From positions 33,923 to 97,922 of the forward strand of contig JACPQZ010000045.1 in the NCBI GenBank assembly GCA_016190205.1: a DNA stretch of 64,000 nucleotides, in the 5' to 3' direction. The notes beneath the pieces are model-generated. The model searched no databases. It was not told where the DNA came from and saw nothing but the letters and a program-made list of their open reading frames with translations. This stretch comes from Candidatus Omnitrophota bacterium (GTDB lineage Bacteria > Omnitrophota > JACPQZ01). Each line of letters opens with the position of its first letter. Positions within the stretch are counted from its first letter, which is position 1. Position numbers and translations under genes: made by a program. This document shows, in pieces, positions 19,500 to 28,872 of the stretch.

Positions 19500-19727
19500 A
19501 TTTATCCGCGTAACGTGATGGGAGTCGAACCCAGGGAAAAGGGTTCGGGGAAAACGGGAGTTTTCCCCGAGGCACGGCGCATCTCAGGTGAGGGGGGAAT
19601 CTAAGGGGGGTGCGCAGCACGAGTGAATAATGGATGATCGCAAGCACCCCCCTTAGGGAGCATCGGCGTTTCAAATTTGATGGATCAAAGAGCCGATGCG
19701 ACGGGTTCGACTCCCATCACCCGCTGT
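19500..19727. mobile_element. tRNA-attached non-coding element bounded by copies of the tRNA 3' end
   Basis: 25-bp direct repeat 19475-19499/19703-19727, 19-bp inverted copy 19515-19533, three internal hairpins. Confidence 0.6.
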
Positions 19728-19743
19728 TGACATGTCGGGGTAG

Positions 19744-19820
19744 ATTTGTTCGTCGCTCGGGGATCGGTTATCGGGGATCGCAAACCCCGGATGATTGCGA
19801 TGACCGATCACCGATAACCG
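19744..19820. repeat. 7-bp-periodic inverted element (ATCGGTT/ACCGATA), copy 2
   Basis: Aligns with 19153-19233: atttgttcgtcg.tcg..gatcggttatcgg..atcgcaaac. Confidence 0.75.
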
Positions 19821-19836
19821 TACTGGTGAGTCAATA

Positions 19837-20484
19837 ATGACAAAGATTGTTTCAGTCATTCTGGTCTTATTCGTTACGGGCTGCGCAGGCAACCAGATCA
19901 TTGCCCCCATCGCCACGCAAGCCGGGTTTTATCACCGCGTCGAAAAGGGACAGACGCTGTGGGCCATCTCACGTCAGTACGGTCTGACCGTCGAAGAGCT
20001 GATTGAAGCCAACAAGATTTCGGAGGCCTCCCGCATCGAATCAGGACAGCTTTTGTTCATACCCAGGGAGAAATCCAAGATCCGGAGCACCCCTTCGGAG
20101 GCCCCCGCGAATCATTCGTTCGTTTGGCCCGTACAGGGCCGCGTGATCTCGGGGTTCGGTACCCGACAGGAAGGAATAACGAACAAGGGCATACACATCG
20201 CCGCCAATGACGGGACCAATATTGTGGCGGCCTTGGACGGGACCGTCTCGTTCGCGCAAGAATCTGTGCGCGGGTTTGGTCACATGATCATCATCGACCA
20301 CATGAATAATTACCAAACGGTGTACGCACATAACCGGCAAAATCTTGTTAAAGAAGGGATGCGCGTCAGGAGAAGTGATGTGATTGCCAAGGTGGGATCC
20401 ACGGGCCGCGCCACGCTCCCTTATTTACATTTTGAAATCCGCAAAGATCACAAACCCAAAAACCCTTTCTACTACTTGCCTTAA
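19837..20484 (+). CDS. LysM + M23 peptidase lipoprotein (NlpD-like)
   Basis: Lipobox VTGC, HRVEKGQTLWAIS, YAH, HLHFE-like YLHFEIR; first Zn motif degenerate (NKGIH). Confidence 0.88.
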   Translation: MTKIVSVILVLFVTGCAGNQIIAPIATQAGFYHRVEKGQTLWAISRQYGLTVEELIEANKISEASRIESGQLLFIPREKSKIRSTPSEAPANHSFVWPVQGRVISGFGTRQEGITNKGIHIAANDGTNIVAALDGTVSFAQESVRGFGHMIIIDHMNNYQTVYAHNRQNLVKEGMRVRRSDVIAKVGSTGRATLPYLHFEIRKDHKPKNPFYYLP

Positions 20485-20494
20485 GTTCTAGGAC

Positions 20495-22138
20495 ATGCAG
20501 TCTGAATCCATGCCGGTCGACGGCGTCCCCGTTCGGGGTGCCGTTGTCCAGCGACTTTTGCAGCGCGTTCAAGGCCTTTTGTCCGGCTTCCGTCAGAATG
20601 TGGCCATCCTGGGTCACGAGGGCTCTGGAAAAAGCCTGCTTCTTAACGATCTGGCGCGGGGGCTCAACGGGAGAGGGCCGATCCTGCTTTGCCTCGAGAT
20701 CTATCCGGAAAACTTCCGGACTTTCACAGAACGCTTTCTCTCACACCTCATCATCCGAGGCCTGGCCCAAAAGGGAGGCATTCCCTCACAGGGGTCGCTG
20801 AAGGCCTTGCTTGAGCAAGCCAGACACCGCTTGCCTGAGACAGCATCATGCGCTCAAAAGGTGCTGGGACTTCTCCCGCGAAATCCCGACGCGGCCTTCC
20901 AACTAGCCCTGGATCTGCCCATGCTGCTCGCGGCTGAGACCGGAGCACCCCTGCTGGTTCAACTCGATGAATTTGACAGACTTGGGAATTTTCACCTGCG
21001 CGATCCGTTCGCCTCTTTCGGCCGCAAGATACAGCTTCAGAAAAGCGTCATGTACCTTGTCACGAGCTCCCGGCCTCATCGCGCCCGGCTCATCCTCAAG
21101 GAAAAGCTCAACCTTCTCTTCGGTCACTTTGAGGTCATGGAGCTCGCAGGCCTGGATCCGGACTCCGCTCGCGAGCTCATGACTGCCGAGGCAGGCGCGG
21201 GCCCAGTTCCCGCAACCGAAGCAAACTTTCTCATAGCACTTACATCGGGGCACCCGTTTTATCTCAAGCACATCGCACGCACCTGGGGGCTCGTGGCTTC
21301 GACTTCGCTCACCACTCGCCCCGCGCCTGCACTGGACCGCGGCAGTCTTATGGAGGCTTTGGAAAAGGAACTGGTTGAGAAAGACGGATGTCTCCATTCC
21401 TTATTCAGGCGCCACGTAGACGAGATGTATGCTATGCGGTCTCACAGGTGTCACATCTCGGTCCTCTCGTCCCTCGCGCAAGGCAATCGCACATGCGCCC
21501 ACATCTCGCACGACTTAGGGCTCACCCGAAAAGAGGCCTCAAAGCAGCTCACGCGCCTTCACGACATGGATCTCGTCCTGCGCAGCGGCCAGCTCTATGC
21601 CGTCAAGGATTCGCTGTTTGCCTATTGGCTTAAAACGGTTTGGTGCCCCACGCTGGTGCAAGGGGACGCCTGCTCCCACGAGGTGAGACGCCTCTTCCGT
21701 ACTTCGCTTGAGTCCGATCTGGATGCCTTTATCCGGGCCGGGCAGCAAGGCATCCGTGAACGGGTGGCGGCGCTCTTCCGCAAATTCGAAAATGATCTGG
21801 TGGAAATCGGGGCCCGCAAGGTCCGGCTGCCCCTATTTGAGGAGGTATGCCCCCGCTCCACCGGACTGGACGGCGCACTCCCGCTTACGGCACGCAGGGG
21901 GAGTGCCTACTGGGTGGGGCATATCACAAACGGCCATACCAGCGAGGCAGAAATCACGCACTTTGCACGTGAGCTCAAAAAAAGCCGCTTGCCGGTCAAG
22001 CGCAAGATTATAATCAGTCAAAGACCTCTGGATATTAATGCCCGGCTCGTGGCCAAGGAAGCAAAGATTTGGACATGGGACCTCGATGAAATCAATTTGT
22101 TGCTAAATCTCTACGGACAACCTAAAATCATAGTGTAA
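20495..22138 (+). CDS. Archaeal-type P-loop ATPase with wHTH and restriction-endonuclease-like C-terminus
   Basis: Walker A GHEGSGKS, Walker B VQLDEF, TSGHPFYL, wHTH-like segment. Confidence 0.75.
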   Translation: MQSESMPVDGVPVRGAVVQRLLQRVQGLLSGFRQNVAILGHEGSGKSLLLNDLARGLNGRGPILLCLEIYPENFRTFTERFLSHLIIRGLAQKGGIPSQGSLKALLEQARHRLPETASCAQKVLGLLPRNPDAAFQLALDLPMLLAAETGAPLLVQLDEFDRLGNFHLRDPFASFGRKIQLQKSVMYLVTSSRPHRARLILKEKLNLLFGHFEVMELAGLDPDSARELMTAEAGAGPVPATEANFLIALTSGHPFYLKHIARTWGLVASTSLTTRPAPALDRGSLMEALEKELVEKDGCLHSLFRRHVDEMYAMRSHRCHISVLSSLAQGNRTCAHISHDLGLTRKEASKQLTRLHDMDLVLRSGQLYAVKDSLFAYWLKTVWCPTLVQGDACSHEVRRLFRTSLESDLDAFIRAGQQGIRERVAALFRKFENDLVEIGARKVRLPLFEEVCPRSTGLDGALPLTARRGSAYWVGHITNGHTSEAEITHFARELKKSRLPVKRKIIISQRPLDINARLVAKEAKIWTWDLDEINLLLNLYGQPKIIV

Positions 22139-22141
22139 ACG

Positions 22142-22621
22142 ATGACGGATATACTCTGGGCCCCCTGGCGCGAACGCTACGTCCGCATGTATAAAAAATA
22201 CAAAGGCTGTCTTTTCTGCAAGGCACCCGCCCGGCACAAGGACCCTGCAAATCTCATCGTCAAGCGCAGCCGGCACGCGTTTGCCATGTTAAATAAATAC
22301 CCGTACAATTCTGGGCACCTTCTGGTCTCGCCGTACCGCCACCAAAAAGATTTGAGACCCTTGAGCGCCGAGGAACGTCTGGACCTGGTTGAGCTCTTAT
22401 GCGAGATGCAAGAGCTCTTGATCCGCACCCTTCGTCCCCAGAGCTTTAATGTCGGCATAAACATCGGCGGTCTTGCCGGCGCAGGTTTTAGGGACCACCT
22501 GCACTTTCACATTGTTCCGCGCTGGAAGGCAGATTGCAATTTTATGTCTATTGTTGGAAACGCCAGGGTCATTCCGGGCTCACTCAACGGACTCTACAAA
22601 AAGCTCAAACGGGCGCTGTGA
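22142..22621 (+). CDS. HIT family hydrolase
   Basis: LWAPWR, CLFC, NKYPYNSGH, HLHFHIVPR. Confidence 0.93.
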   Translation: MTDILWAPWRERYVRMYKKYKGCLFCKAPARHKDPANLIVKRSRHAFAMLNKYPYNSGHLLVSPYRHQKDLRPLSAEERLDLVELLCEMQELLIRTLRPQSFNVGINIGGLAGAGFRDHLHFHIVPRWKADCNFMSIVGNARVIPGSLNGLYKKLKRAL

Positions 22622-22624
22622 AAA

Positions 22625-23785
22625 ATGCTGACCCGGGAAGATCTGGAGCAACGAGAGACGGCTGCACTCGCCCCCTATGCCTGCCGGGCCCGGGAGGGCC
22701 GGGGGAGGAAGCATCCGGAGAGTGAGCACCCTTATCGGACCTCATACCAGCGGGACCGGGACCGCATTATCCACTCGACCGCGTTCCGGCGTTTGGAATA
22801 CAAGACCCAGGTATTTGTCAACCATGAGGGTGATCATTACCGCACCCGCCTGACGCATTCGCTCGAAGCAGCCCAGATCGGCCGCACGATCGCGCGTGCC
22901 CTGGGTCTCAACGAAGACCTGGTGGAGGCTGTAATCCTCGCGCACGATTTGGGACACGGGCCCTTTGGGCACGCCGGACAGGACGCCCTGCATGCCCTGA
23001 TGCGGCAGCATGGCGGATTCGAGCATAACCTGCAAACCTTGCGTATCATCGATCTCCTGGAAACCCGCTACCAGGCATTTCCCGGTCTGAACCTCACCTT
23101 TGAGGTCCGCGAAGGAATCCTCAAACACCTTTTCCAATACAGCCGGCAGATCCAAAAAGGATTGAGCGAATTTGGCCATTCATCCTCGCCGTCACTGGAA
23201 GCCCAGGTGGCCAATATCGCGGACGAGATCGCCTATGATAGCCATGATCTTGACGACGGTTTTCGCTCAGGCCTGTTGTCAGACGAAGTGCTCAAAGGTA
23301 TCCCACTTTGGAGACGGGTCACGCAGGGCGGGCACGTGAAAAAAACCAAGGGCCCTGACAAGACATTCATCAGTTCTGCTGTCCGAAGACTCATCGACCT
23401 GCAGGTCACAAATCTTTTGACAGCTTCAGCGAAGCGGATCCGAGCCTTCCGGATCCGGACACCCCAAGACGTACGGCGCATGAAATCCCCCCTCATTGGC
23501 TTTTCGCGGGAGCTTGTCAAAGAAAAGGTCCTGCTCAAAAAGGGCCTTTGGGAGCACCTGTACATGCACTATCGGGTCGCGAGAATGAGCGAGAAGGGCA
23601 AGCGGGTTATTCGCGGCCTCTTCAACGTGTACTTAAAAGACCGCGACCAGATCCCTCCCCAAAACCGCAAGAGGGAAAACCAGGACGGCCTGCACCGCAT
23701 CATTTGCGATTACATCGCCGGCATGACTGACCGCTTCGCATTGGATGAGTATCGGAGGCTGTTTGACCCCTTTGAAAAGGTCTAG
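22625..23785 (+). CDS. dgt: Deoxyguanosinetriphosphate triphosphohydrolase
   Basis: RDRDRIIHS.AFRRL.YKTQV, RTRLTHS, AHDLGH, DYIAGMTD. Confidence 0.95.
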   Translation: MLTREDLEQRETAALAPYACRAREGRGRKHPESEHPYRTSYQRDRDRIIHSTAFRRLEYKTQVFVNHEGDHYRTRLTHSLEAAQIGRTIARALGLNEDLVEAVILAHDLGHGPFGHAGQDALHALMRQHGGFEHNLQTLRIIDLLETRYQAFPGLNLTFEVREGILKHLFQYSRQIQKGLSEFGHSSSPSLEAQVANIADEIAYDSHDLDDGFRSGLLSDEVLKGIPLWRRVTQGGHVKKTKGPDKTFISSAVRRLIDLQVTNLLTASAKRIRAFRIRTPQDVRRMKSPLIGFSRELVKEKVLLKKGLWEHLYMHYRVARMSEKGKRVIRGLFNVYLKDRDQIPPQNRKRENQDGLHRIICDYIAGMTDRFALDEYRRLFDPFEKV

Positions 23786-23841
23786 ACCAAAATAGACCAT
23801 TGACGAAAACTACATCCAGGAATACAATAACTTCATAAGCT

Positions 23842-24024
23842 ATGGAATTAGTTACTGCAGACGAGATGCTGAAAGAGGCGGAGGAACGCCTCCTCCTCTT
23901 GGAGCAAAAAGCAGCCGAACTGGAAGAGTCTCACGGGCCAGGTTGGATCGGAATCCTCCTCATTATCGCGAATACCTTCATGGGGTCGGCCTTCATCCTG
24001 CTCCTCCTGCAGACCTCCCTTTAG
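23842..24024 (+). CDS. Small coiled-coil + TM protein
   Basis: Upstream TTGACG-17-TACAAT; C-terminal hydrophobic helix. Confidence 0.6.
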   Translation: MELVTADEMLKEAEERLLLLEQKAAELEESHGPGWIGILLIIANTFMGSAFILLLLQTSL

Positions 24025-24040
24025 AAGATTCTCGATTAAC

Positions 24041-24721
24041 ATGCTGAAGGGGGTCTGCGCCGGCTTTCTGGTTGCGACTGGCGTGGGGTTGGTGTGCCTT
24101 AAACCTATTTCACACCCTCTCCTGGATCAGTTATTAACAAGAAAACTCGGTCAAGCCCTAGGGGCCGATATCCAGGCCAAGGATCTTGCGGTCGGGCCCC
24201 TCTACGGAATTTCAGCCCGCGATATATCCATCCGCCGCGAAGACGTTTTCTACGCCCAGGCCGCCAGCCTGTATACGAGGCCCCGTCTGGTCCTCATGAA
24301 TATCCGCCCCCACATCCGGCTGGATCTTGAGCTCGAGGATCTGGTCATCGGCCAGGACTATATGTCCACTCTGCTTGCCACGCAGACTCTGAACCGTGTG
24401 CCCTTCAGCAAATCTCGCGCGCAGGTCGAGATCCGGCCCTTCGGCTTGGAGGTGAACCAGATGACGGCCGAGGGCTCCTCCTGCCTGCTGGAAGCGAAAG
24501 GGGCTTACGACTATAACGGAAGGCTGAACTTCGACATTAAGTTTTTCATGGGTCCAGCACTCGCAGCCGAGATCCCTGCACCGCTTAAACAAGAAATGCT
24601 GCGCGTGGACCCTTCGGGTCGTGTGCTGTTTACGTTGCGGGTAGCGGGCACACGAGATCTTCCGTCCATAGAATTTGTGAGTGACAGGCACCGTTTCAAG
24701 GCCCAAACGAGGAAATTATGA
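24041..24721 (+). CDS. Hypothetical membrane-anchored beta-rich protein (AsmA/GspN-like)
   Basis: N-terminal TM; C-terminal F.L.V.GT...PSI pattern. Confidence 0.55.
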   Translation: MLKGVCAGFLVATGVGLVCLKPISHPLLDQLLTRKLGQALGADIQAKDLAVGPLYGISARDISIRREDVFYAQAASLYTRPRLVLMNIRPHIRLDLELEDLVIGQDYMSTLLATQTLNRVPFSKSRAQVEIRPFGLEVNQMTAEGSSCLLEAKGAYDYNGRLNFDIKFFMGPALAAEIPAPLKQEMLRVDPSGRVLFTLRVAGTRDLPSIEFVSDRHRFKAQTRKL

Positions 24722-25947
24722 CTACCTACTCCTATTCCCGCTTAACCACTTACGAAAACTGTGCCTTGAGATATAAGTACCGGTATATTGATGGAATCAA
24801 AAAGGACGCTGTCGGGATTGAGGCCTACCTGGGCAATACGGTTCATCTGACTCTGCAGAAGCTGTACCAAGACCTCATGCGCGAGAAGACAAACAGCTTA
24901 GGAGATCTCATCACCTTCTTTAATGAACTCTGGTCTAAAAACTGGACACCCAATATCTTTCTGGTCAACAAAAAATATACTGAAGACAACTACCGCCGGA
25001 CCGGGGAGCGGTGCCTGAGGGACTACTACAAGCGCTATGCCCCTTTCGGCCAGAGCACCACCCTGGGGCTGGAGGAGCGGATCCAGATTGATCTGGGGCA
25101 GGGGCATTACCGGATGGTTGGCTACATTGACCGGCTGGCGCGCGCGCCGGATGGGACGCTTGAAATACATGACTATAAGACTTCAGGACGCCTCCCCGAT
25201 CAGGAAACAATCAACGCAGACCGTCAGCTCGCGCTCTATCAGATCGCGATTCAGCAACGCTGGCCGGACACGCGCAAGGTGAAGCTTATATGGCACTTCC
25301 TGCTCTTTGATATGGAGCTTGCCTCCACACGTGACGCCCGCCAACTCGCAGGCTTGAGCCAGGATCTGATTCGGCTCATCCAGGAGGTCGAGCAGGCCAA
25401 AACCTTCGCGCCTCGGGAAAGCCCGCTCTGCGACTGGTGCGAGTATGCCCCCGATTGCCCCATCCAAAAGCACCGGTTTAAGGTGGATGGTCTTCCCGTC
25501 AACCGCTATCTGACCGAAGAAGGGGTGGTGCTTGTCAATAAATACATGCAGATCCTAACCGAAAGGCGCGCAAGGGGAAAGGAATACGACGACGAGCTGG
25601 AAAAGGTCAGGGCAGCCATCCTTAGCTTTGCGGAGCGCGAGGGGACCCAAGTCCTCAAGGGATTGGATTACAAGCTCCGTATCGACACGGAGTCCAGGCT
25701 GGTTCTGCCGGACATGGCGGATCCCAAACGTGCGGAGCTTGAAGCGCTCCTCAACAAGGCAGGCAAGTGGGAGGAGGTCGCGGCCCTGTCCCCAAGCCGC
25801 CTCCAGGAAGCACTGCAAAAGACCTCATGGGACCCGGCCCTTGCTCAACGTATCAAAGGCCTGTGTTCGGAAGCCTGTTTCCCCCGCCTCTATCCCTCCA
25901 AAATTAAGGATGCGGAGAGACTTTTCGAAGCACTCACCGAAGAATAG
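24718..25947 (+). CDS. RecB/Cas4-like PD-(D/E)XK nuclease with Fe-S cysteines
   Basis: SYSRL..YENC, G..VH, GYIDRL, DYKT, QLALY, CDWCEYAPDC. Confidence 0.88.
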   Translation: MTTYSYSRLTTYENCALRYKYRYIDGIKKDAVGIEAYLGNTVHLTLQKLYQDLMREKTNSLGDLITFFNELWSKNWTPNIFLVNKKYTEDNYRRTGERCLRDYYKRYAPFGQSTTLGLEERIQIDLGQGHYRMVGYIDRLARAPDGTLEIHDYKTSGRLPDQETINADRQLALYQIAIQQRWPDTRKVKLIWHFLLFDMELASTRDARQLAGLSQDLIRLIQEVEQAKTFAPRESPLCDWCEYAPDCPIQKHRFKVDGLPVNRYLTEEGVVLVNKYMQILTERRARGKEYDDELEKVRAAILSFAEREGTQVLKGLDYKLRIDTESRLVLPDMADPKRAELEALLNKAGKWEEVAALSPSRLQEALQKTSWDPALAQRIKGLCSEACFPRLYPSKIKDAERLFEALTEE

Positions 25948-26028
25948 TATTCCCCCCACGCGATTCATCTTGATGTCAGAGCGCCTTAAATGTTATAATC
26001 CGTCTAACTAACGGGTGGGAGAAAGGTT

Positions 26029-26676
26029 ATGACAGAGGAGCGGGGGGGGGTCCAAAGAGAGCTTTTTCCGAAGCTCGAAGGCGGCCACGAGGCCAGCACC
26101 TTTAGAAGCCGGTTTAACGTGAGGCCTGCGGGCAAGGTTTCTTTTTCCATCTCCTATGAAAATTTGGTTTTTGTCGGTATCCTTTTCATCATGACATTCG
26201 TGCTTTCGTTTTCCCTTGGCGTGGAAAAGGGTAAAGGGCGGGTCACGCAAGTTGCTTTTCGAGACGAGCCCGTTCCTCAAGGGCTTGCGCCCGCGCAGGA
26301 CGTTATCGGTGAACCCGCGCCGAAGCCCGCTGCGGTGGCTCAAAAGACCGTGAGTGCTGCTGCGGTCGAAAACAAAACAGAAACTCCCGTCCCGGTTGTA
26401 CCCGCAACAGAAAAGTCCGCCTTCGCCGCGCCGGCAGTCAAACCGCGGGAGGCGGGGTATACCATTCAGCTCATTACCTTCGCACAGCAGGACTCAGCCA
26501 ACAAACAGGTTGAGCAGTTGAAGAAAGACGGCTATAAACCTTACCTGAAAACCAGCGGCAAATATTTCGTTATCTGTGAAGGAGATTATCCCGACTCAAG
26601 CACGGCCAAGCTCACACTGGCACAGTTTAAGAAATCCAAATCTTATCAAGACGCATTTTTGAAAAAGCTTCGTTAA
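26029..26676 (+). CDS. SPOR-domain membrane protein (FtsN/DedD-like)
   Basis: TM ending SFSLGVEKG, Pro/Ala linker, YTIQLITF...DAFL. Confidence 0.85.
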   Translation: MTEERGGVQRELFPKLEGGHEASTFRSRFNVRPAGKVSFSISYENLVFVGILFIMTFVLSFSLGVEKGKGRVTQVAFRDEPVPQGLAPAQDVIGEPAPKPAAVAQKTVSAAAVENKTETPVPVVPATEKSAFAAPAVKPREAGYTIQLITFAQQDSANKQVEQLKKDGYKPYLKTSGKYFVICEGDYPDSSTAKLTLAQFKKSKSYQDAFLKKLR

Positions 26677-26686
26677 GGGTCCTCCC

Positions 26687-27637
26687 ATGCTGGGAATCGT
26701 CTTACCATGTATTTTGAGTTTTATCCTCTTTGCCGTCATGCCCCTTCCCAGCGCTGCAACTGAAGCCGAGGCTTTCCGAAAGCCGCGCGAGTATCCTGCC
26801 GCCCACATCCCGGACCCCGAGCCTGCGGCGAGCGTGGAGCGGGAAAATCTGAACCGGCGCGACGTTCGTATCCCGAAGGGATTTCCCGCCGCACAGAAGG
26901 AGAATAACCCTGATCAGGGCTCCCCGGGCGAAAATCAGGAAATGCTGGACCCCTGGCAGGCGGCCACCCTGAAAAATAATCTCGGCAACAAGCTGGAGGA
27001 TGAAGGAGATCTAAAGGGGGCCGAGCAGGCTTACCAAGAAGCTATAGACATCGCCCCGGATTCGCCCCTCGCTTATTCGAACTTGGGCAATCTGTACTCT
27101 AAAAAGGGGGATATCGCACAAGCCGTCGCCCTTTATAAGAAGGCGCTTCGGCTGGACCCCACGGCCACCTTTGCGCATATCAACCTGGGCAATGCCTATT
27201 ACGAGCTCAATGACTGGACCCACGCTATCAAGGAATACAAGATCGCACTGGTTCTGGATCCCGAGTCACTCGTCGCACACAACAATCTAGGCGATGCCTA
27301 TATCAAAAAGGGCCTTCCCAACCACGCCCTGAGGCATCTCAAGAAGGCCGTCGAGATGGATCCAGGTTTTGCGGCCGCCCACGACAATTTGGGTGATGCC
27401 TACCGCGCCAAGGGCGAGTTCGACGAGGCTGCGGCGGCCTATGAGCGCGCTCAACAACTCAGGCCAGCCTATGGCCCCTATTATCTCAAGCTGGCGCGCC
27501 TCCTGCACGCGCGGGGAGAGGCGGATAAGGCCAGAACTTTTTTCAGAAAAGGTATTGACCTTCTGAGCATGCCTTCGGACCGCCAGGCGGCATTCCAGGA
27601 ATATCACAAACTATTTGGAAGGGTATCCAAATCATGA
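26687..27637 (+). CDS. Secreted TPR-repeat protein
   Basis: Signal peptide; repeated A..NLG...Y.KA...DP. Confidence 0.88.
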   Translation: MLGIVLPCILSFILFAVMPLPSAATEAEAFRKPREYPAAHIPDPEPAASVERENLNRRDVRIPKGFPAAQKENNPDQGSPGENQEMLDPWQAATLKNNLGNKLEDEGDLKGAEQAYQEAIDIAPDSPLAYSNLGNLYSKKGDIAQAVALYKKALRLDPTATFAHINLGNAYYELNDWTHAIKEYKIALVLDPESLVAHNNLGDAYIKKGLPNHALRHLKKAVEMDPGFAAAHDNLGDAYRAKGEFDEAAAAYERAQQLRPAYGPYYLKLARLLHARGEADKARTFFRKGIDLLSMPSDRQAAFQEYHKLFGRVSKS

Positions 27638-27915
27638 GTCAACATCGCAGTTATAGAGGCGGTGCACAGCATGCCAGGCACCGGAGTGTGCTCAAGCGCG
27701 GCGAACGCATCAAGAGCCTTGAGAAAGAAGGGAAATGGAGTCCGGAACGATCGGTCTTCTCCCTTCCCAAAGTTAAAACCGTAAGGTTTAGGGTCAAGAA
27801 GGAAAAGGCGGCTGCGAAACCTGCTCCAGGCGAGGCCCCAGCGGAGAAACCTGCTCCAGGCGCCCAGCCGAAGCAAGAGAAAAAATCGGATAAGACCCCG
27901 TCTGGCACAAAGTAA
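27634..27915 (+). CDS. PVC-superphylum small basic protein (TIGR04137-like)
   Basis: MSQHRS...RSVLKR.ERI..L...GKW....SVFSLPKVK. Confidence 0.8.
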   Translation: MSQHRSYRGGAQHARHRSVLKRGERIKSLEKEGKWSPERSVFSLPKVKTVRFRVKKEKAAAKPAPGEAPAEKPAPGAQPKQEKKSDKTPSGTK

Positions 27916-27919
27916 TACG

Positions 27920-28420
27920 ATGATTCACGCCCTTGCGGGCTTGTTGTTCGTACCCCTTCTCATCTGTGTGCTGCCGGATGATGCCGGTGCGGCTCAATTT
28001 CCTTTTTCGGCTCGTCCCATACGGGATCATGTCCGCGTGCGGGCCGACAGTACCTTGTACAGTCCTATATTGGGCGAACTCATGGCAGATGCCCCGATTC
28101 GTGTCGTCGCAGAGCGCTGGGATTGGTACAAGATCAGCCTACCGTCAGAAATCCCTGCCTATGTCCATTCATCCTTTCTGAAGCAGATTTCGCCCACCTT
28201 AGCTCAAGTCACCGCCTCCGGAGTAAATGCACGGGCGTACGCGTCGCGCGAGGCCCCTGTGGTGGGAACCCTCTCTCATGAGGACCGGGTGGAGTACTCC
28301 GTCCAGGAGGGCGAATGGATCAAAATCAAATCCCTGCCCAAGTTCAGCGGTTACGTTCACTCGCAGTTCGTGGTGCCCATCCCGACTGCTGGAGGAGACC
28401 TTGAACATCCGCAGCGTTAA
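27920..28420 (+). CDS. Secreted tandem SH3b-domain protein
   Basis: V.VR....ILG.L...WYKI...AYVH twice. Confidence 0.8.
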   Translation: MIHALAGLLFVPLLICVLPDDAGAAQFPFSARPIRDHVRVRADSTLYSPILGELMADAPIRVVAERWDWYKISLPSEIPAYVHSSFLKQISPTLAQVTASGVNARAYASREAPVVGTLSHEDRVEYSVQEGEWIKIKSLPKFSGYVHSQFVVPIPTAGGDLEHPQR

Positions 28421-28871
28421 GAAAAAGGATTCCGCCCAGGTCATCAAGCTCATTCAGGACGTGGTGAACGCGGAATTTGCCCCTCAAGAGAAGGAGGCCT
28501 ATCCCATGGACGACGTGCTGGATCTGCCCGCAAGTTACCAGGGCAGGCGCGATGCCTTTTTCGTCATGAGCGACGGCCCGCAAACAATCGTCGGGACCTG
28601 TGGAGTCAAGAATGAAGGCAACGGCGTCGGCCTCATCCGGCGTGTCTTCGTCAGGCCCTCCCACAGGCGCGAGGGGGTGGCCGAGCGCCTCGTGCGGCAC
28701 TCCATACAGTTCGCAAAGAATCAGGGTTACCGAGTGCTCCAGGTCAGAACCACAAGCGCCATGAAAGCGGCGATCGCACTGCTTTACAAAGTCGGCTTCC
28801 AGGAGCGCGCCACCTTAGAGGTTGGAAGGCTCAAAATGCTTAAACTCACGTACAACTGTAAGGAGGACTGA
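28401..28871 (+). CDS. GNAT family N-acetyltransferase
   Basis: RBS GGAGG + TTG28401; FVRPSHRREGVA, AIALLYKVGF. Confidence 0.85.
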   Translation: MNIRSVKKKDSAQVIKLIQDVVNAEFAPQEKEAYPMDDVLDLPASYQGRRDAFFVMSDGPQTIVGTCGVKNEGNGVGLIRRVFVRPSHRREGVAERLVRHSIQFAKNQGYRVLQVRTTSAMKAAIALLYKVGFQERATLEVGRLKMLKLTYNCKED

Positions 28872-28872
28872 A

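Noticed and set aside
19703-19727. Second tRNA gene
   Set aside because: Only T-arm and 3' acceptor strand; no D or anticodon arm.
19500-19727. Prophage or ICE integrated at tRNA-Gly
   Set aside because: Only ~200 bp between the direct repeats; no integrase or cargo.
19489-19916. Short ORFs over the tRNA-attached element
   Set aside because: No RBS or protein features; the sequence is explained by hairpins and repeats.
20495-25947. Anti-phage defence island (ATPase, HIT, dGTPase, nuclease)
   Set aside because: dGTPase and HIT look like housekeeping types, composition matches the backbone and no mobility genes are present.
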